Virus record (IMG/VR): IMGVR_UViG_3300042892_005961 | Coordinates: 124,001 to 188,000 of that record | DNA length: 64,000 bases | Reading direction: 5' to 3' (one strand) | Part shown: positions 8,111-17,499 of the stretch, in pieces | Numbering within the stretch: the first letter of the stretch is position 1 | Layout: each line of letters opens with the position of its first letter | The notes under the pieces: model-generated | Databases searched by the model: none | What the model was told of the DNA's origin: nothing | Seen by the model: the letters and a program-made list of their open reading frames with translations, nothing else | Made by a program: the position numbers and the translations under genes

Positions 8111-9252
8111 TTTTTTTCATCATCTTGTTCGGATGATGTGGTTTCTTTGTTTTCGTAATGTAATCCTTCGTTCCCGTTCTGACCTATAATATCCATTCGT
8201 TCATTGTCCTCATCTATTTTTAACTCCACGACTTCCTCAGGTGTTGCAAATGGTTCAGGAACAAAACCATCAAATTCTTGTTCAGGAACTTCTAAATCCT
8301 CTTGAACTAAAATCTCAAACTCAAGTATTTCATTATCTTGTAAAATATTCTCCGTTTCGGGTTCTATAGTGGAAAAATTTCTTTGAACTTCTTCTTCAGT
8401 GGGTTCTTCTTGTAAAATATTCTCAATTTCTTCTTCCGTAAAGAAAGGTTCTTCGTCTTCTAAACCATCCATTAATGTTTCATCCCAATCAGATACTTCA
8501 TCATCCAAATCTTCTTTAATCATTGGGTTATCAAATGGTTCATCATATAAACCCATCTCTTCGTCGTTCTTCATTATCTCTGCCAATAATTCTCCTCTTC
8601 TTTTATATTCTTCCTCCGCTTTTTTTAATTCTTCATTTGGTGGAGGTGGATTTAATAAAACCTCTTCCAATTTTTTTAAATCATCTTCACTTAAATTTAA
8701 TCTTACAGACTCATCAATAAAGTTTTTTAAATCTTCGGGATTAGATTCCGATTCTTTAATTGGTGGTGTTTCATTTTCTTTTAATCTATCTTCTTCCGTA
8801 AATTTAACTAACATATGAAGAAAGGATAATGAAATGATTGGTAACATACCTCCAGCAAAAAACGCTAAGAATCTTTTATTACCTACTAAGTCAGTTGAAT
8901 CTACTCCCATTAATTCTGTTAATGGTAACACTAAATCAACCCAATCCCTAAACGACTGTCCATTGATATCTATATATGTATACGCAAAAAATACATTACC
9001 TATAAACTGTATTAATGTTACAACGGCAAATGGGAAATAAACTTTCTTACCCATGTTCGCCGAAATGGCGGCTAATGCCGATAATGCTGCAATCTCAATT
9101 CCAATTGATAAATAAACGGCCCAACTTACTGGATTGGATATACCATACCATTTTGTTACGTGTGAAATAGAAACAATTGCAACAGTAATGATTGGAATCA
9201 AAAATGCCGCAATAATTAATGTTTTAAAATTTTGGTTTAACCAATGTTTCAT
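8104..9252 (-). CDS. membrane protein (about 4 TM segments) with long acidic tail
   Basis: Hydrophobic N-terminal ~150 aa, then E/D-rich region; ends DDEKKN* on a slippery A10. Confidence 0.75.
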   Translation of the reverse strand: MKHWLNQNFKTLIIAAFLIPIITVAIVSISHVTKWYGISNPVSWAVYLSIGIEIAALSALAAISANMGKKVYFPFAVVTLIQFIGNVFFAYTYIDINGQSFRDWVDLVLPLTELMGVDSTDLVGNKRFLAFFAGGMLPIISLSFLHMLVKFTEEDRLKENETPPIKESESNPEDLKNFIDESVRLNLSEDDLKKLEEVLLNPPPPNEELKKAEEEYKRRGELLAEIMKNDEEMGLYDEPFDNPMIKEDLDDEVSDWDETLMDGLEDEEPFFTEEEIENILQEEPTEEEVQRNFSTIEPETENILQDNEILEFEILVQEDLEVPEQEFDGFVPEPFATPEEVVELKIDEDNERMDIIGQNGNEGLHYENKETTSSEQDDEKKN

Positions 9253-9542
9253 TTAGATTCTTGTTCTTTTTTTAAGTTTTCTTTAACAATAAAATGTAGT
9301 TCCATTAACTGTGGCCCTCTATCTTTTTGTGTGATCCAATTATCATAAAAACCGTGAATTGCTATTTTTTCGTTTTTATGTGTTGTTTTAAGACTATCAA
9401 TCGTAGATACGTTTTGTTTTTGAATTTTTTCTAATTTAGTCACCCTACTTGAATTGCTACAAGACTTAAAAAAGAAGATGACTGTTAAAAAAATCAGTAC
9501 CTGTAATTTATATGTTTTTATTAATTCGATTAACTTTTTCAT
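9249..9542 (-). CDS. putative lipoprotein / membrane-anchored coiled-coil protein
   Basis: Basic N-terminus, hydrophobic LQVLIFLTVIFFF, then KSC lipobox-like Cys. Confidence 0.5.
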   Translation of the reverse strand: MKKLIELIKTYKLQVLIFLTVIFFFKSCSNSSRVTKLEKIQKQNVSTIDSLKTTHKNEKIAIHGFYDNWITQKDRGPQLMELHFIVKENLKKEQESK

Positions 9543-9554
9543 AATATTATATTT

Positions 9555-10364
9555 TTATAAATAGTTTAATAGACCAAAACTCTCGTTTCTAAGCTTTTTA
9601 ATGGCCTTATCACGTAATTGTCTGATACGTTCTTTTGTACAACCGTATTCCTCTCCCAAGTCCTCTAAGTTTGATTCAACACCTGTTAGACCATAATATC
9701 TCTCAATAATAACTCTTTCTCTTTCATCTAAGACACTTAACATTGCAGAAACTTTTTTCTTTATTTCTTCAGGTGAGTTCATGATAGCGTCAGGTCTTTC
9801 CGCTTCTTTGTTTGGAATAATATCTATTAGTTGGTCACCGTCCTCATTAATCTCTCTATATAGACCAACACAGTATGGTAGACCACTTGACACCGGTTCT
9901 TCACTATTATTAATAAAGAAATTATCTTCTTGACTTAATTCTTCTTTTTTAGATTTCTGTGACTCTTGAACTAAATTTGATGGAAGACGTATTGTTCTTG
10001 CGTTTTCATTTAATGATGCCATTATTGATTGTCTAACCCACCACACTGCATATGAAATAAATTTTAATCCACTTGTGGGATCAAATCTTTCCGCTGCCTT
10101 CATTAAACCAATATTACCTTCAGATATTATGTCCATAATATCCATCCCTTGATTTTGAAACATTTTCGCAACCGATATAACAAATCTTAAATTACCTACA
10201 ACCAATTCATCGTATAAAAATTTCTTTTCATGTTTAGTTATGGTCTTATCGTTAAGTCTTTCAAAAATCACCTCTTGTCTTTCGTGTGATATAACAGGTA
10301 TTCTACGAATGTCCTTTATATACTGTTGTATTTCCTCGGTGTTGTTTAAGATGGATTTTTTCAT
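9555..10364 (-). CDS. rpoD: RNA polymerase sigma-70 family factor (primary-sigma-like, no region 1.1)
   Basis: Region 2 NLRFVISVAK...EGNIGLMKAAERFD...KFISYAVWWVRQSI; region 4 LEDLGEEYGCTKERIRQLRDKAIKKLR. Confidence 0.9.
   Translation of the reverse strand: MKKSILNNTEEIQQYIKDIRRIPVISHERQEVIFERLNDKTITKHEKKFLYDELVVGNLRFVISVAKMFQNQGMDIMDIISEGNIGLMKAAERFDPTSGLKFISYAVWWVRQSIMASLNENARTIRLPSNLVQESQKSKKEELSQEDNFFINNSEEPVSSGLPYCVGLYREINEDGDQLIDIIPNKEAERPDAIMNSPEEIKKKVSAMLSVLDERERVIIERYYGLTGVESNLEDLGEEYGCTKERIRQLRDKAIKKLRNESFGLLNYL
9556..9563 (-). promoter_or_regulatory. candidate late promoter TATTTATA
   Basis: Overlaps the sigma-factor stop codon, 13 nt upstream of ATG 9542. Confidence 0.45.
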
Positions 10365-10409
10365 GTGGTTGGTGTTTAATTGTGTATATATAAAAATAAG
10401 TAAAAAATA

Positions 10410-10865
10410 TTACTTTTCAAAATTGTCTAAGAACTTTTTTTCCTCTTCAGTTAGACTTTCAATCCCATATAGGTCAATTTTATCTAATACGTCGTCTAAT
10501 TCTAATCTTTCTCGTTGTACCTCAGTATGTTTTTCGTATTCAACTTTAATCATTAATGGATCAGAAGTTGCTGGTTTAAAAATAAAATCATTAATTGTTT
10601 CGGGTAAAAATACACTAACTACAGAAGTTTTCTCAATTAAAAAATAAAATTTAACACTATCGTTTTTTGATAACAAATGTATTTCATCGGATAATACCCC
10701 GTGGTCTTCATTAGAATCAAACATAACAATTATGTTTTGGTTATTTTCAATAACATATCTAACAGTCCAAATAAATGGTGATTTTCCTAATATTTCTAAA
10801 CAAAAAAATTCTATATCTTGGTGGTCATCAAAAACACCATATATGAATAACAAATATGATCTCAT
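10410..10865 (-). CDS. hypothetical protein with C-terminal DUF6576-like motif
   Basis: LDDVLDKIDLYGIESLTEEEKKFL. Confidence 0.6.
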   Translation of the reverse strand: MRSYLLFIYGVFDDHQDIEFFCLEILGKSPFIWTVRYVIENNQNIIVMFDSNEDHGVLSDEIHLLSKNDSVKFYFLIEKTSVVSVFLPETINDFIFKPATSDPLMIKVEYEKHTEVQRERLELDDVLDKIDLYGIESLTEEEKKFLDNFEK

Positions 10866-10871
10866 AGTAGT

Positions 10872-11519
10872 TTATTTCTTACGATTTACGTTCCAATAAA
10901 CACCCCCACCAATAAACGGCACTAAAGTTCCATTAGTACCATCAGGACCTATTCTATTAGATACTCCAATACCAATTTTGTATAGATGTTTTGCGTCTTT
11001 ATCTTTTATAATAAATCCAACACCTATAAGATTGATAACATTTGGTTTATCTAATTTGGCATCAATACCAATATAATAAAGATTCTTTCTCGCATCACCT
11101 AAGAACATCGTATCTCTAACTACTTTTTGTTTAATGTCACTTTTAAATGAACGACCCAATACTCTACCATTTGATATTGTATCAAATACAGTTACAGTTC
11201 CAACGTTGTTTGGTAATTTAAGAATATCTTTCTTAAACATTTTCATTCCGATTGAATTTAAAATAGAATTAGTGTCGATCGGGTTACTTACCGTAAAAGT
11301 ATCATGAACCGCATATGGAATTTGTACTTCCACCGGTACTTCTACCTCAACAGGAACTTCAATACCAACTGTATCATGAACGGGAACTTCATATCCCACC
11401 GTATCATGTATAGTAATCGTTCTATGTGGCATAATACCTTTTGGGTTCACGAATTCCACAATAGCCACACCAATCAATAATAAAATTATTATATTTCTAA
11501 TGTCTAAGATGTGTTTCAT
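10872..11519 (-). CDS. N-terminally anchored membrane protein
   Basis: TM IIILLLIGVAIVEF; VPVEVEVPV stretch; beta-strand-like C-terminus. Confidence 0.6.
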   Translation of the reverse strand: MKHILDIRNIIILLLIGVAIVEFVNPKGIMPHRTITIHDTVGYEVPVHDTVGIEVPVEVEVPVEVQIPYAVHDTFTVSNPIDTNSILNSIGMKMFKKDILKLPNNVGTVTVFDTISNGRVLGRSFKSDIKQKVVRDTMFLGDARKNLYYIGIDAKLDKPNVINLIGVGFIIKDKDAKHLYKIGIGVSNRIGPDGTNGTLVPFIGGGVYWNVNRKK

Positions 11520-11521
11520 GT

Positions 11522-11947
11522 TTATTTAAGAAGATATAAAGATGTCATCATTATTCCAATAAAAGATCCGACCTTATAAAAAAACGTTTTAGTTCTTTGT
11601 CCTTTTAATTCTTTTAATAGACTTTCGGATTTTTGTCTTTCTAATCCAAATTGTTCATCTTTCATATTAATAATTAACCCTAAATTGGTTATTTTTTGAT
11701 CCTTCAAAGTGTCTTTTTCTTTAAAAAAATTAATTTGTTGATCTTTTAAACCAATAGTTTTATTTAATTCTACAATTTCTAATTTTGCTCCGTCATAACG
11801 AACTAAGTCTTGGAAAACTAATCTAGCAACTTTTGTTGATAGAGTAACTTTAGTGGTATCTAATACTATAACATTAGTTGTATCTGTTTGCGAATAACTG
11901 CTCAAGCTCAATATTACCAATAGTGGTAATAGAATTAACTTTTTCAT
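11522..11947 (-). CDS. secreted/membrane coiled-coil protein (spanin-like candidate)
   Basis: Signal peptide MKKLILLPLLVILSLSSYS, coiled coil, hydrophobic C-terminus. Confidence 0.5.
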   Translation of the reverse strand: MKKLILLPLLVILSLSSYSQTDTTNVIVLDTTKVTLSTKVARLVFQDLVRYDGAKLEIVELNKTIGLKDQQINFFKEKDTLKDQKITNLGLIINMKDEQFGLERQKSESLLKELKGQRTKTFFYKVGSFIGIMMTSLYLLK

Positions 11948-12209
11948 CTGTGTTGTTTTTAATAATAGTTATGTTTTTTGTAACGTTGTTAATCTCTTTA
12001 TCTACACTAACAATGTGATTATCAACTTTTTCAATTTGATCGTCTATTTTATCGTTTGCAATGTAAACAGAATCAATATCCTTTTGTATGGACTCAATTT
12101 TAGAATTATACCCCGCAACATCAGTTTTTATACCTTGATTTTGAAATATGGTATAAGCAGCTAAACAAGCAATCAAAACTAATAGGATGTTTGTTTTATT
12201 AATCTTCAT
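11874..12209 (-). CDS. N-terminal TM plus coiled-coil protein (i-spanin-like candidate)
   Basis: ILLVLIACLAAYTIF then heptad-rich region; 74-bp overlap with the next gene. Confidence 0.5.
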   Translation of the reverse strand: MKINKTNILLVLIACLAAYTIFQNQGIKTDVAGYNSKIESIQKDIDSVYIANDKIDDQIEKVDNHIVSVDKEINNVTKNITIIKNNTDEKVNSITTIGNIELEQLFANRYN

Positions 12210-12223
12210 ATTATACGTTTTAT

Positions 12224-12231
12224 TATAAATA
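12224..12231 (-). promoter_or_regulatory. candidate late promoter TATTTATA
   Basis: 14 nt upstream of ATG 12209, directly after the clpP terminator. Confidence 0.5.
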
Positions 12232-12236
12232 TGAAG

Positions 12237-12258
12237 AAAGGGGGTTTTATCCCCCTTT
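12237..12258 (-). terminator. intrinsic terminator after clpP
   Basis: aaaggggg-ttttat-cccccttt 8-bp stem. Confidence 0.65.
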
Positions 12259-12262
12259 AACT

Positions 12263-12940
12263 TTATTTCTTCTTTTTACCCACGATTTCGTCGATGATAC
12301 CATAGGATAGTGCGTCTTCAGCATTTAACCACAAATCACGAGTCGCATCGTTTTTAACTTGTTCAGCTGGTTTTCCACAATACCCACCCAATAATTCAAA
12401 TAGGATATTATTAACTTTTCTCCACTCAACCATACTGATTTCAGCGTCTTGGATGTTTCCAACCGCTCCACCTGAAGATTGGTGTAACATTGTTTGGGAG
12501 AACCTCAACGAACCTCTTTTACCTTTGGTACCTGCACCTAATAGGACTGAACCCATTGAAGCTGCCATACCTGTATTGATGGTTCTAATGTCTGATTTGA
12601 TATAATCCATTACATCTACCATAGAAAGACCTGACTTAACTGATCCACCAGGACTGTCGATGTGCATTGTAATATCGTTACTGTCGATACTGTCTAAGAA
12701 CATTAACTGAGCCTGAACAATGGTGGACATATGATCGTCTACACCACCCGCAACCCAAATGATACGTTCCATCATCAAACGTGAGAACACGTCCATAACG
12801 GTCACATTTAAGCTTCGTTCCTCTAAGATGTAAGGAGTTAAACTGTTTTCTACTTTTTGATTGTAATAGTCCAATTTCAACGAACTAATACCCTTGTCTT
12901 TTGCATAAAGACCAAACTGTTGGTAATCTTTTGGTGTCAT
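12263..12940 (-). CDS. clpP: ATP-dependent Clp protease proteolytic subunit
   Basis: LTPYILEER..MDVFSRLMMERII, SPGGSV, AASMG (Ser), MLHQ (His), RDLWL (Asp). Confidence 0.95.
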   Translation of the reverse strand: MTPKDYQQFGLYAKDKGISSLKLDYYNQKVENSLTPYILEERSLNVTVMDVFSRLMMERIIWVAGGVDDHMSTIVQAQLMFLDSIDSNDITMHIDSPGGSVKSGLSMVDVMDYIKSDIRTINTGMAASMGSVLLGAGTKGKRGSLRFSQTMLHQSSGGAVGNIQDAEISMVEWRKVNNILFELLGGYCGKPAEQVKNDATRDLWLNAEDALSYGIIDEIVGKKKK

Positions 12941-12957
12941 AAATTTAGTTTATAGGA

Positions 12958-12965
12958 CAAATATA
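12958..12965 (-). promoter_or_regulatory. Bacteroidota-type -7 promoter box TATATTTG
   Basis: Exact TAnnTTTG match 17 nt upstream of the clpP ATG. Confidence 0.5.
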
Positions 12966-12981
12966 ATTAAGATATTCGAAA

Positions 12982-15318
12982 CTAAGAAATTTTTGTTGTA
13001 ATAAAATCCACAGACGAAACATTCTCCTCTTTTTTAATCATAATGATGTTATCCGACCAATTACGTATTAAAGAATTATGTGATATAACAAGTATATGGT
13101 CAAAATAATTTTTAATCTTTTTAAAGAACTCACCTACCATTTCAAGGTTCTCATCTGCAATCTTACCGAACACTTCGTCCATTACAACTATATTGGGCTT
13201 GGGTAAAGATGATATCTTAGTTAATACACTACGAAGTGCTAATGAGGATATGGTTCTTTCATAACCAGATCCCGCATTAAGAGGTTTAACAATTCGTGTC
13301 TCTGTATCTATCATAATAAATTCAACCTCGTTCTTATCGTTTATATTCATCTCTAAAATGAAATGACAACTATCCACCAACAAACGATATAATTCTTGAT
13401 TGATTAATGGAATCATATTTTTAAGAATAATTTTGGATATACCATTCTTACCATATACCGTTAAGTATATTTTAAACACGGCAGATAATTCTTCCTCAGC
13501 TGTAATCTTTTTAATTAATTCTTCATTAATACCAATCTTCTCATTCATGTTAGTAATGTTATTGGTATGTTTTTCTATATTCGTATTCGTTTGTCTAATG
13601 TCTCCGTTAGCGGTTTCTATTTTAGTTTTAAGTGCAATAACTTCAGCATCAATCTTTTGGTTCTCTTCAAGTTTCTTTTTATTACTTTCGTAATTGTCTA
13701 ATCTTTTTTGTTTACTATCAATTTCCAATTGTTTTTGTTCTACTTCTAATTCATATCTTTCTTTACGAAGTTTATTTCTTTCGTAATTTTCAAATTCAGT
13801 TTTTAATTTATCAAACCCTTCAGATTGTTCCTTTAATAAATCAAACTGTATTTGATTTAATTCCATTTCTTTAATGATGTCTTCAATTTCTTTTTTAATC
13901 TTTTCAATTTCATCCGTATGATCTACTTCATCTAACGCACGATTACAAGTAGGACAAACTGTTCCTTCTTCAAATTGTTTAATTAGTTTTTCTCTTTGGG
14001 TCTTTTCATGTTTGGATACAACATCAATTCCTTGTAGGTTTGCCATTTCACCTCTTAACTCTTTGTGTTGGTCTTCATCGTAGAATTGTGATGGTTCGAT
14101 TACATTAACTCCATTGGCGTTTGTTTGACTTACATTTTTTTGAGTTAATAAAAAAGTAACTTCTCTTTGTAATAAAACTGGATTGGTATTGATAAGTTCC
14201 TTATCTACGTCGTTGTTTCTTTTTAAAAATACTTCGTCTCTTTTCTTTTCTAACTTTGTTAATTCTTTTTCAAATTTACCTAACTCTTTTGTTAATTTAA
14301 CAATCTCACTTTCAGAGTTAGTTATACTTTCTTTGTATGTTTCATTATCGGATTCTAAACTAACTTTGTTATATGTGTTAGATACTAATTTCTTAGACCA
14401 ATCATTATACATCTCTTTAGCAATTTCTTCTTTTGCTTTAAGACTTTCTAATCCCATGAACTTTGTTAATATCTGTCCACGAGCTGTTGGTTTAGACTCA
14501 ATAAGTTCTTCTAAGTTATAACCAGTTGTTAATATAGTTGATAAGAAGTCTTCTTGTGTTCCAATTGCAGACGATATAAATGCTTCCGTCTCTCTTCTTT
14601 GTTCGCCGGATAAATTTACAATAGATCCGTCTTCAGCTTTCTTAAAAAATTCTAAGTCATTCTTAACCGTGTATTCACCTGACTTACTCATCTTACGAGA
14701 TGTCTTTCTCTCAATTACATAATCATCTCCATCAATTGTAATCTCACCACGAACACTCACATCATTCTTATCGGTAAATCTATTAAAGATTTCTCCGTTA
14801 GTTTTAGTTTTAGTTGTTGTGTTGAAGAATAGAAACATCAATAGATCTACAGATGATGTAGACTTACCACCGAAATTCTTTGGTGTGGATTCGATTACCG
14901 TAATACCGTCCAACCCAGTAAAATCAATAACGTTATTATCTCCGAATGATAGAAAATTAGAAAACTCCACTTTCCTAATATACCATTTATTATATCTAAC
15001 TTTGTTTTCATTTAATTTGTCTATTTGGGAATTTACTTTATTATCTAATCTTTCCATTAACTCCTCCTTAATGATTATTTCATTGTCGGAAAGAAAATCC
15101 TTCATCAATTTCTTTTGGTATTGATGATCTAAGATGTTATCAGATGCTTCTAAAGACTCTAAACGTGTTTGATTAACATTAGTTAAAGTCTTAGTAATTA
15201 CCTGAACGGTCTTCGCATTATACTTTTTCTCAAAATAAGATTTCACCCTTCTGATTTTCTCAGGAGTGAAATTCTCAGGTACATCTTCCCAAGTTACTTT
15301 TATAAAAGGATTACTCAT
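12982..15318 (-). CDS. sbcC: Rad50/SbcC (T4 gp46-like) ATPase with ~110-aa N-terminal extension
   Basis: IRKVEFSNFLSFG, Walker A NFGGKST, zinc hook CPTC, GSGYE signature, Walker B VVMDEVFG, ISH. Confidence 0.9.
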   Translation of the reverse strand: MSNPFIKVTWEDVPENFTPEKIRRVKSYFEKKYNAKTVQVITKTLTNVNQTRLESLEASDNILDHQYQKKLMKDFLSDNEIIIKEELMERLDNKVNSQIDKLNENKVRYNKWYIRKVEFSNFLSFGDNNVIDFTGLDGITVIESTPKNFGGKSTSSVDLLMFLFFNTTTKTKTNGEIFNRFTDKNDVSVRGEITIDGDDYVIERKTSRKMSKSGEYTVKNDLEFFKKAEDGSIVNLSGEQRRETEAFISSAIGTQEDFLSTILTTGYNLEELIESKPTARGQILTKFMGLESLKAKEEIAKEMYNDWSKKLVSNTYNKVSLESDNETYKESITNSESEIVKLTKELGKFEKELTKLEKKRDEVFLKRNNDVDKELINTNPVLLQREVTFLLTQKNVSQTNANGVNVIEPSQFYDEDQHKELRGEMANLQGIDVVSKHEKTQREKLIKQFEEGTVCPTCNRALDEVDHTDEIEKIKKEIEDIIKEMELNQIQFDLLKEQSEGFDKLKTEFENYERNKLRKERYELEVEQKQLEIDSKQKRLDNYESNKKKLEENQKIDAEVIALKTKIETANGDIRQTNTNIEKHTNNITNMNEKIGINEELIKKITAEEELSAVFKIYLTVYGKNGISKIILKNMIPLINQELYRLLVDSCHFILEMNINDKNEVEFIMIDTETRIVKPLNAGSGYERTISSLALRSVLTKISSLPKPNIVVMDEVFGKIADENLEMVGEFFKKIKNYFDHILVISHNSLIRNWSDNIIMIKKEENVSSVDFITTKIS

Positions 15319-16423
15319 TAGTTTTTATTTCATCAATGAAACCATTATTAATTAATACACCTTGTATTAAATCTGATCTTAAATTAAACGCTCCGTTTGT
15401 TGATTTAAAAGATACTTTAGACCAATCGGTATTAGTAAGTAAATTAAAAATATTTTCTTTATCTTTTAATATGACAATACCATATCCGGTTTTTTTAGGT
15501 AATGATAAAAAATTATCATGTATCCTCATATTATCCTGACCAAAACAAGTCAATGGAAGATATATGTCACATTTATCTAACATATTTTTATTTCTCGTCG
15601 TTGCAATCGTTCCTCCATTAGACAACGAATATAATTTTATATAATCATTACATGTTCTATTATCCTTTCCAATTTTAAAATTTTTAGACCATATTTGAAA
15701 TATGACATTAACCTTAACTTCTTTTCCATCAGGAAAATAAAAATGAGGATTAATGTTTGAACTGTATATTAAATTCAACCCTTCTACTCTTGATTTAGTC
15801 GATCCTTTACCGTCACTATCAAATAGTTGTGGCAATATAAAACCAACAAAATCTGCGTAGTTTGAATGATTTAAAAATCTTAAAGCCAAATTTGATCTTA
15901 AACCAAAAGGTGGATTACCTAAAACCAAATATTTCTTATCCGTATCGGGTGACCATTTCAAATAATCTTTAATAACAATATTTTCTAAATTACTTTCAAT
16001 GTCAATACCAATTCTTCTATCTTCAGGAAATAAATTATAAAAACTACCGTCCCCAACGGATGGTTCTACATATGTGTATTCTAATTCATCTACATCATGT
16101 TCTTTTAAAACCGTTTGGAAAAGATCAAAACATAATTTGGCAGTTTCTTTTGATGTAAAGAATTGATCTTTTTCTTTTGGAGTTAATGTTGATAGATCAA
16201 CAGGTATACCCAACATTTCCGATAAATCAAATTTATAATAATTGGGTACATTATCAAGATCAATCCATCTTTTTATTGTACCGTTATTAACATTGATATA
16301 TTTTGATATATGTTTTATACCCTCAATCCCTAAACTAATTTTTTCTTTTTTTGTTTGTTCTTTAGTAAAAGTAATGTTAGAGTATTTTTCAATACATTTA
16401 AATAAAATATCTAAATTATCCAT
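15311..16423 (-). CDS. N6-adenine DNA methyltransferase (gamma-type motif order) with N-terminal HTH-like region
   Basis: YVEPSVGDGSF then LGNPPFG; N-terminal ISKYINVNNGTIKRW helix-turn-helix-like. Confidence 0.85.
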   Translation of the reverse strand: MDNLDILFKCIEKYSNITFTKEQTKKEKISLGIEGIKHISKYINVNNGTIKRWIDLDNVPNYYKFDLSEMLGIPVDLSTLTPKEKDQFFTSKETAKLCFDLFQTVLKEHDVDELEYTYVEPSVGDGSFYNLFPEDRRIGIDIESNLENIVIKDYLKWSPDTDKKYLVLGNPPFGLRSNLALRFLNHSNYADFVGFILPQLFDSDGKGSTKSRVEGLNLIYSSNINPHFYFPDGKEVKVNVIFQIWSKNFKIGKDNRTCNDYIKLYSLSNGGTIATTRNKNMLDKCDIYLPLTCFGQDNMRIHDNFLSLPKKTGYGIVILKDKENIFNLLTNTDWSKVSFKSTNGAFNLRSDLIQGVLINNGFIDEIKTNE

Positions 16424-17111
16424 TAATAATTAAATGTTTTTCTAAAAATCTTTTTATTTGTTCATCTGTAGAATTATATATTTCTATTGTGTTTCCAAAT
16501 CGAACTCCTTTATATAATGAACTAAGACTTAATGTTAATTTACCAACATCAGTTCTTTTTCTTATACATAATTTAACATTAAAAACTTCGTGTGTTTCAA
16601 TTGGATATAATTCTGAAGGATTAATAGATGTCATAAATATTTCATTTGGGGTGATAGACATTAATATATACTTATCACATACGTTTTCTTTAAACGTCTC
16701 ATATTGAAATGTATTATTGTTTGTTCCAACTGTTGCAGTTTTAATTTCAGTCCTAACCGTTGTATTAGATTGTAATGGGTATATTTTCATATCGTAAATA
16801 CCATCACCTTTATTTGTGTTTCTATCTCCATCGTATTCAACAGTAAACGTTTTGGGGTAATTTTTAACGATTGATTCAACCATTAATTCCCCTACTTTTC
16901 CTACTGCATCTGAATTACCTAAACTTTTTATTTTTTCGTTTTTAGACCCTACCCATTTATTGCTGGTTTTAATTTTTTCAATTGATTCTAATAAAACATT
17001 ACTACAACTATTATTTTTCGATGGTGTGTCTTGTTCAATTATTTTTATTTGTTTTTCAATTTTTTGATTGTAAATCATTATATCCTCATCAGTTATTGTA
17101 ATATTTGCCAT
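16416..17111 (-). CDS. putative PD-(D/E)XK restriction endonuclease
   Basis: GKVGELMV helix, GIYDMKI, RTEIKTAT; 8-bp overlap with the MTase. Confidence 0.55.
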   Translation of the reverse strand: MANITITDEDIMIYNQKIEKQIKIIEQDTPSKNNSCSNVLLESIEKIKTSNKWVGSKNEKIKSLGNSDAVGKVGELMVESIVKNYPKTFTVEYDGDRNTNKGDGIYDMKIYPLQSNTTVRTEIKTATVGTNNNTFQYETFKENVCDKYILMSITPNEIFMTSINPSELYPIETHEVFNVKLCIRKRTDVGKLTLSLSSLYKGVRFGNTIEIYNSTDEQIKRFLEKHLIING

Positions 17112-17118
17112 TTTATTT

Positions 17119-17433
17119 TTATTTTATTCTATTTTCTTCAAAAAACTCAATTATTGAATTTAGGCACCACACCGCTCCCGATGTAAAAACAGCATCAGCA
17201 AAAAGATTCCAAAATAAATTTGTTTGGAAATAGTGATTACATAAACCACCTAACGCAAGTGACATTACCCAACCTAAGTGAAAACCCAAACATAGGGGAC
17301 ATGTCATAAGTTTATAAAAGAAAGAAGATTTAGTTTTTACCCATTCTCTCAAGTCTTCAAAGATTGTCGACCAAGAAATTATACACATACATCCGTAAGC
17401 GGCAAGGACCCAAAATAACATTATCATAATCAT
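17119..17433 (-). CDS. DUF1360-like membrane protein
   Basis: Hydrophobic, with IFEDLREW and LMTCPLCLGFH. Confidence 0.65.
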   Translation of the reverse strand: MIMIMLFWVLAAYGCMCIISWSTIFEDLREWVKTKSSFFYKLMTCPLCLGFHLGWVMSLALGGLCNHYFQTNLFWNLFADAVFTSGAVWCLNSIIEFFEENRIK

Positions 17434-17458
17434 TAAATTTTTTATTATTATAAATTAA

Positions 17459-17494
17459 AATAACCCCCATATTAATTAAAATACAGGGGTTATT
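17459..17494 (-). terminator. possible terminator hairpin
   Basis: aataacccc...ggggttatt inverted repeat with long AT loop. Confidence 0.4.
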
Positions 17495-17499
17495 CTATA

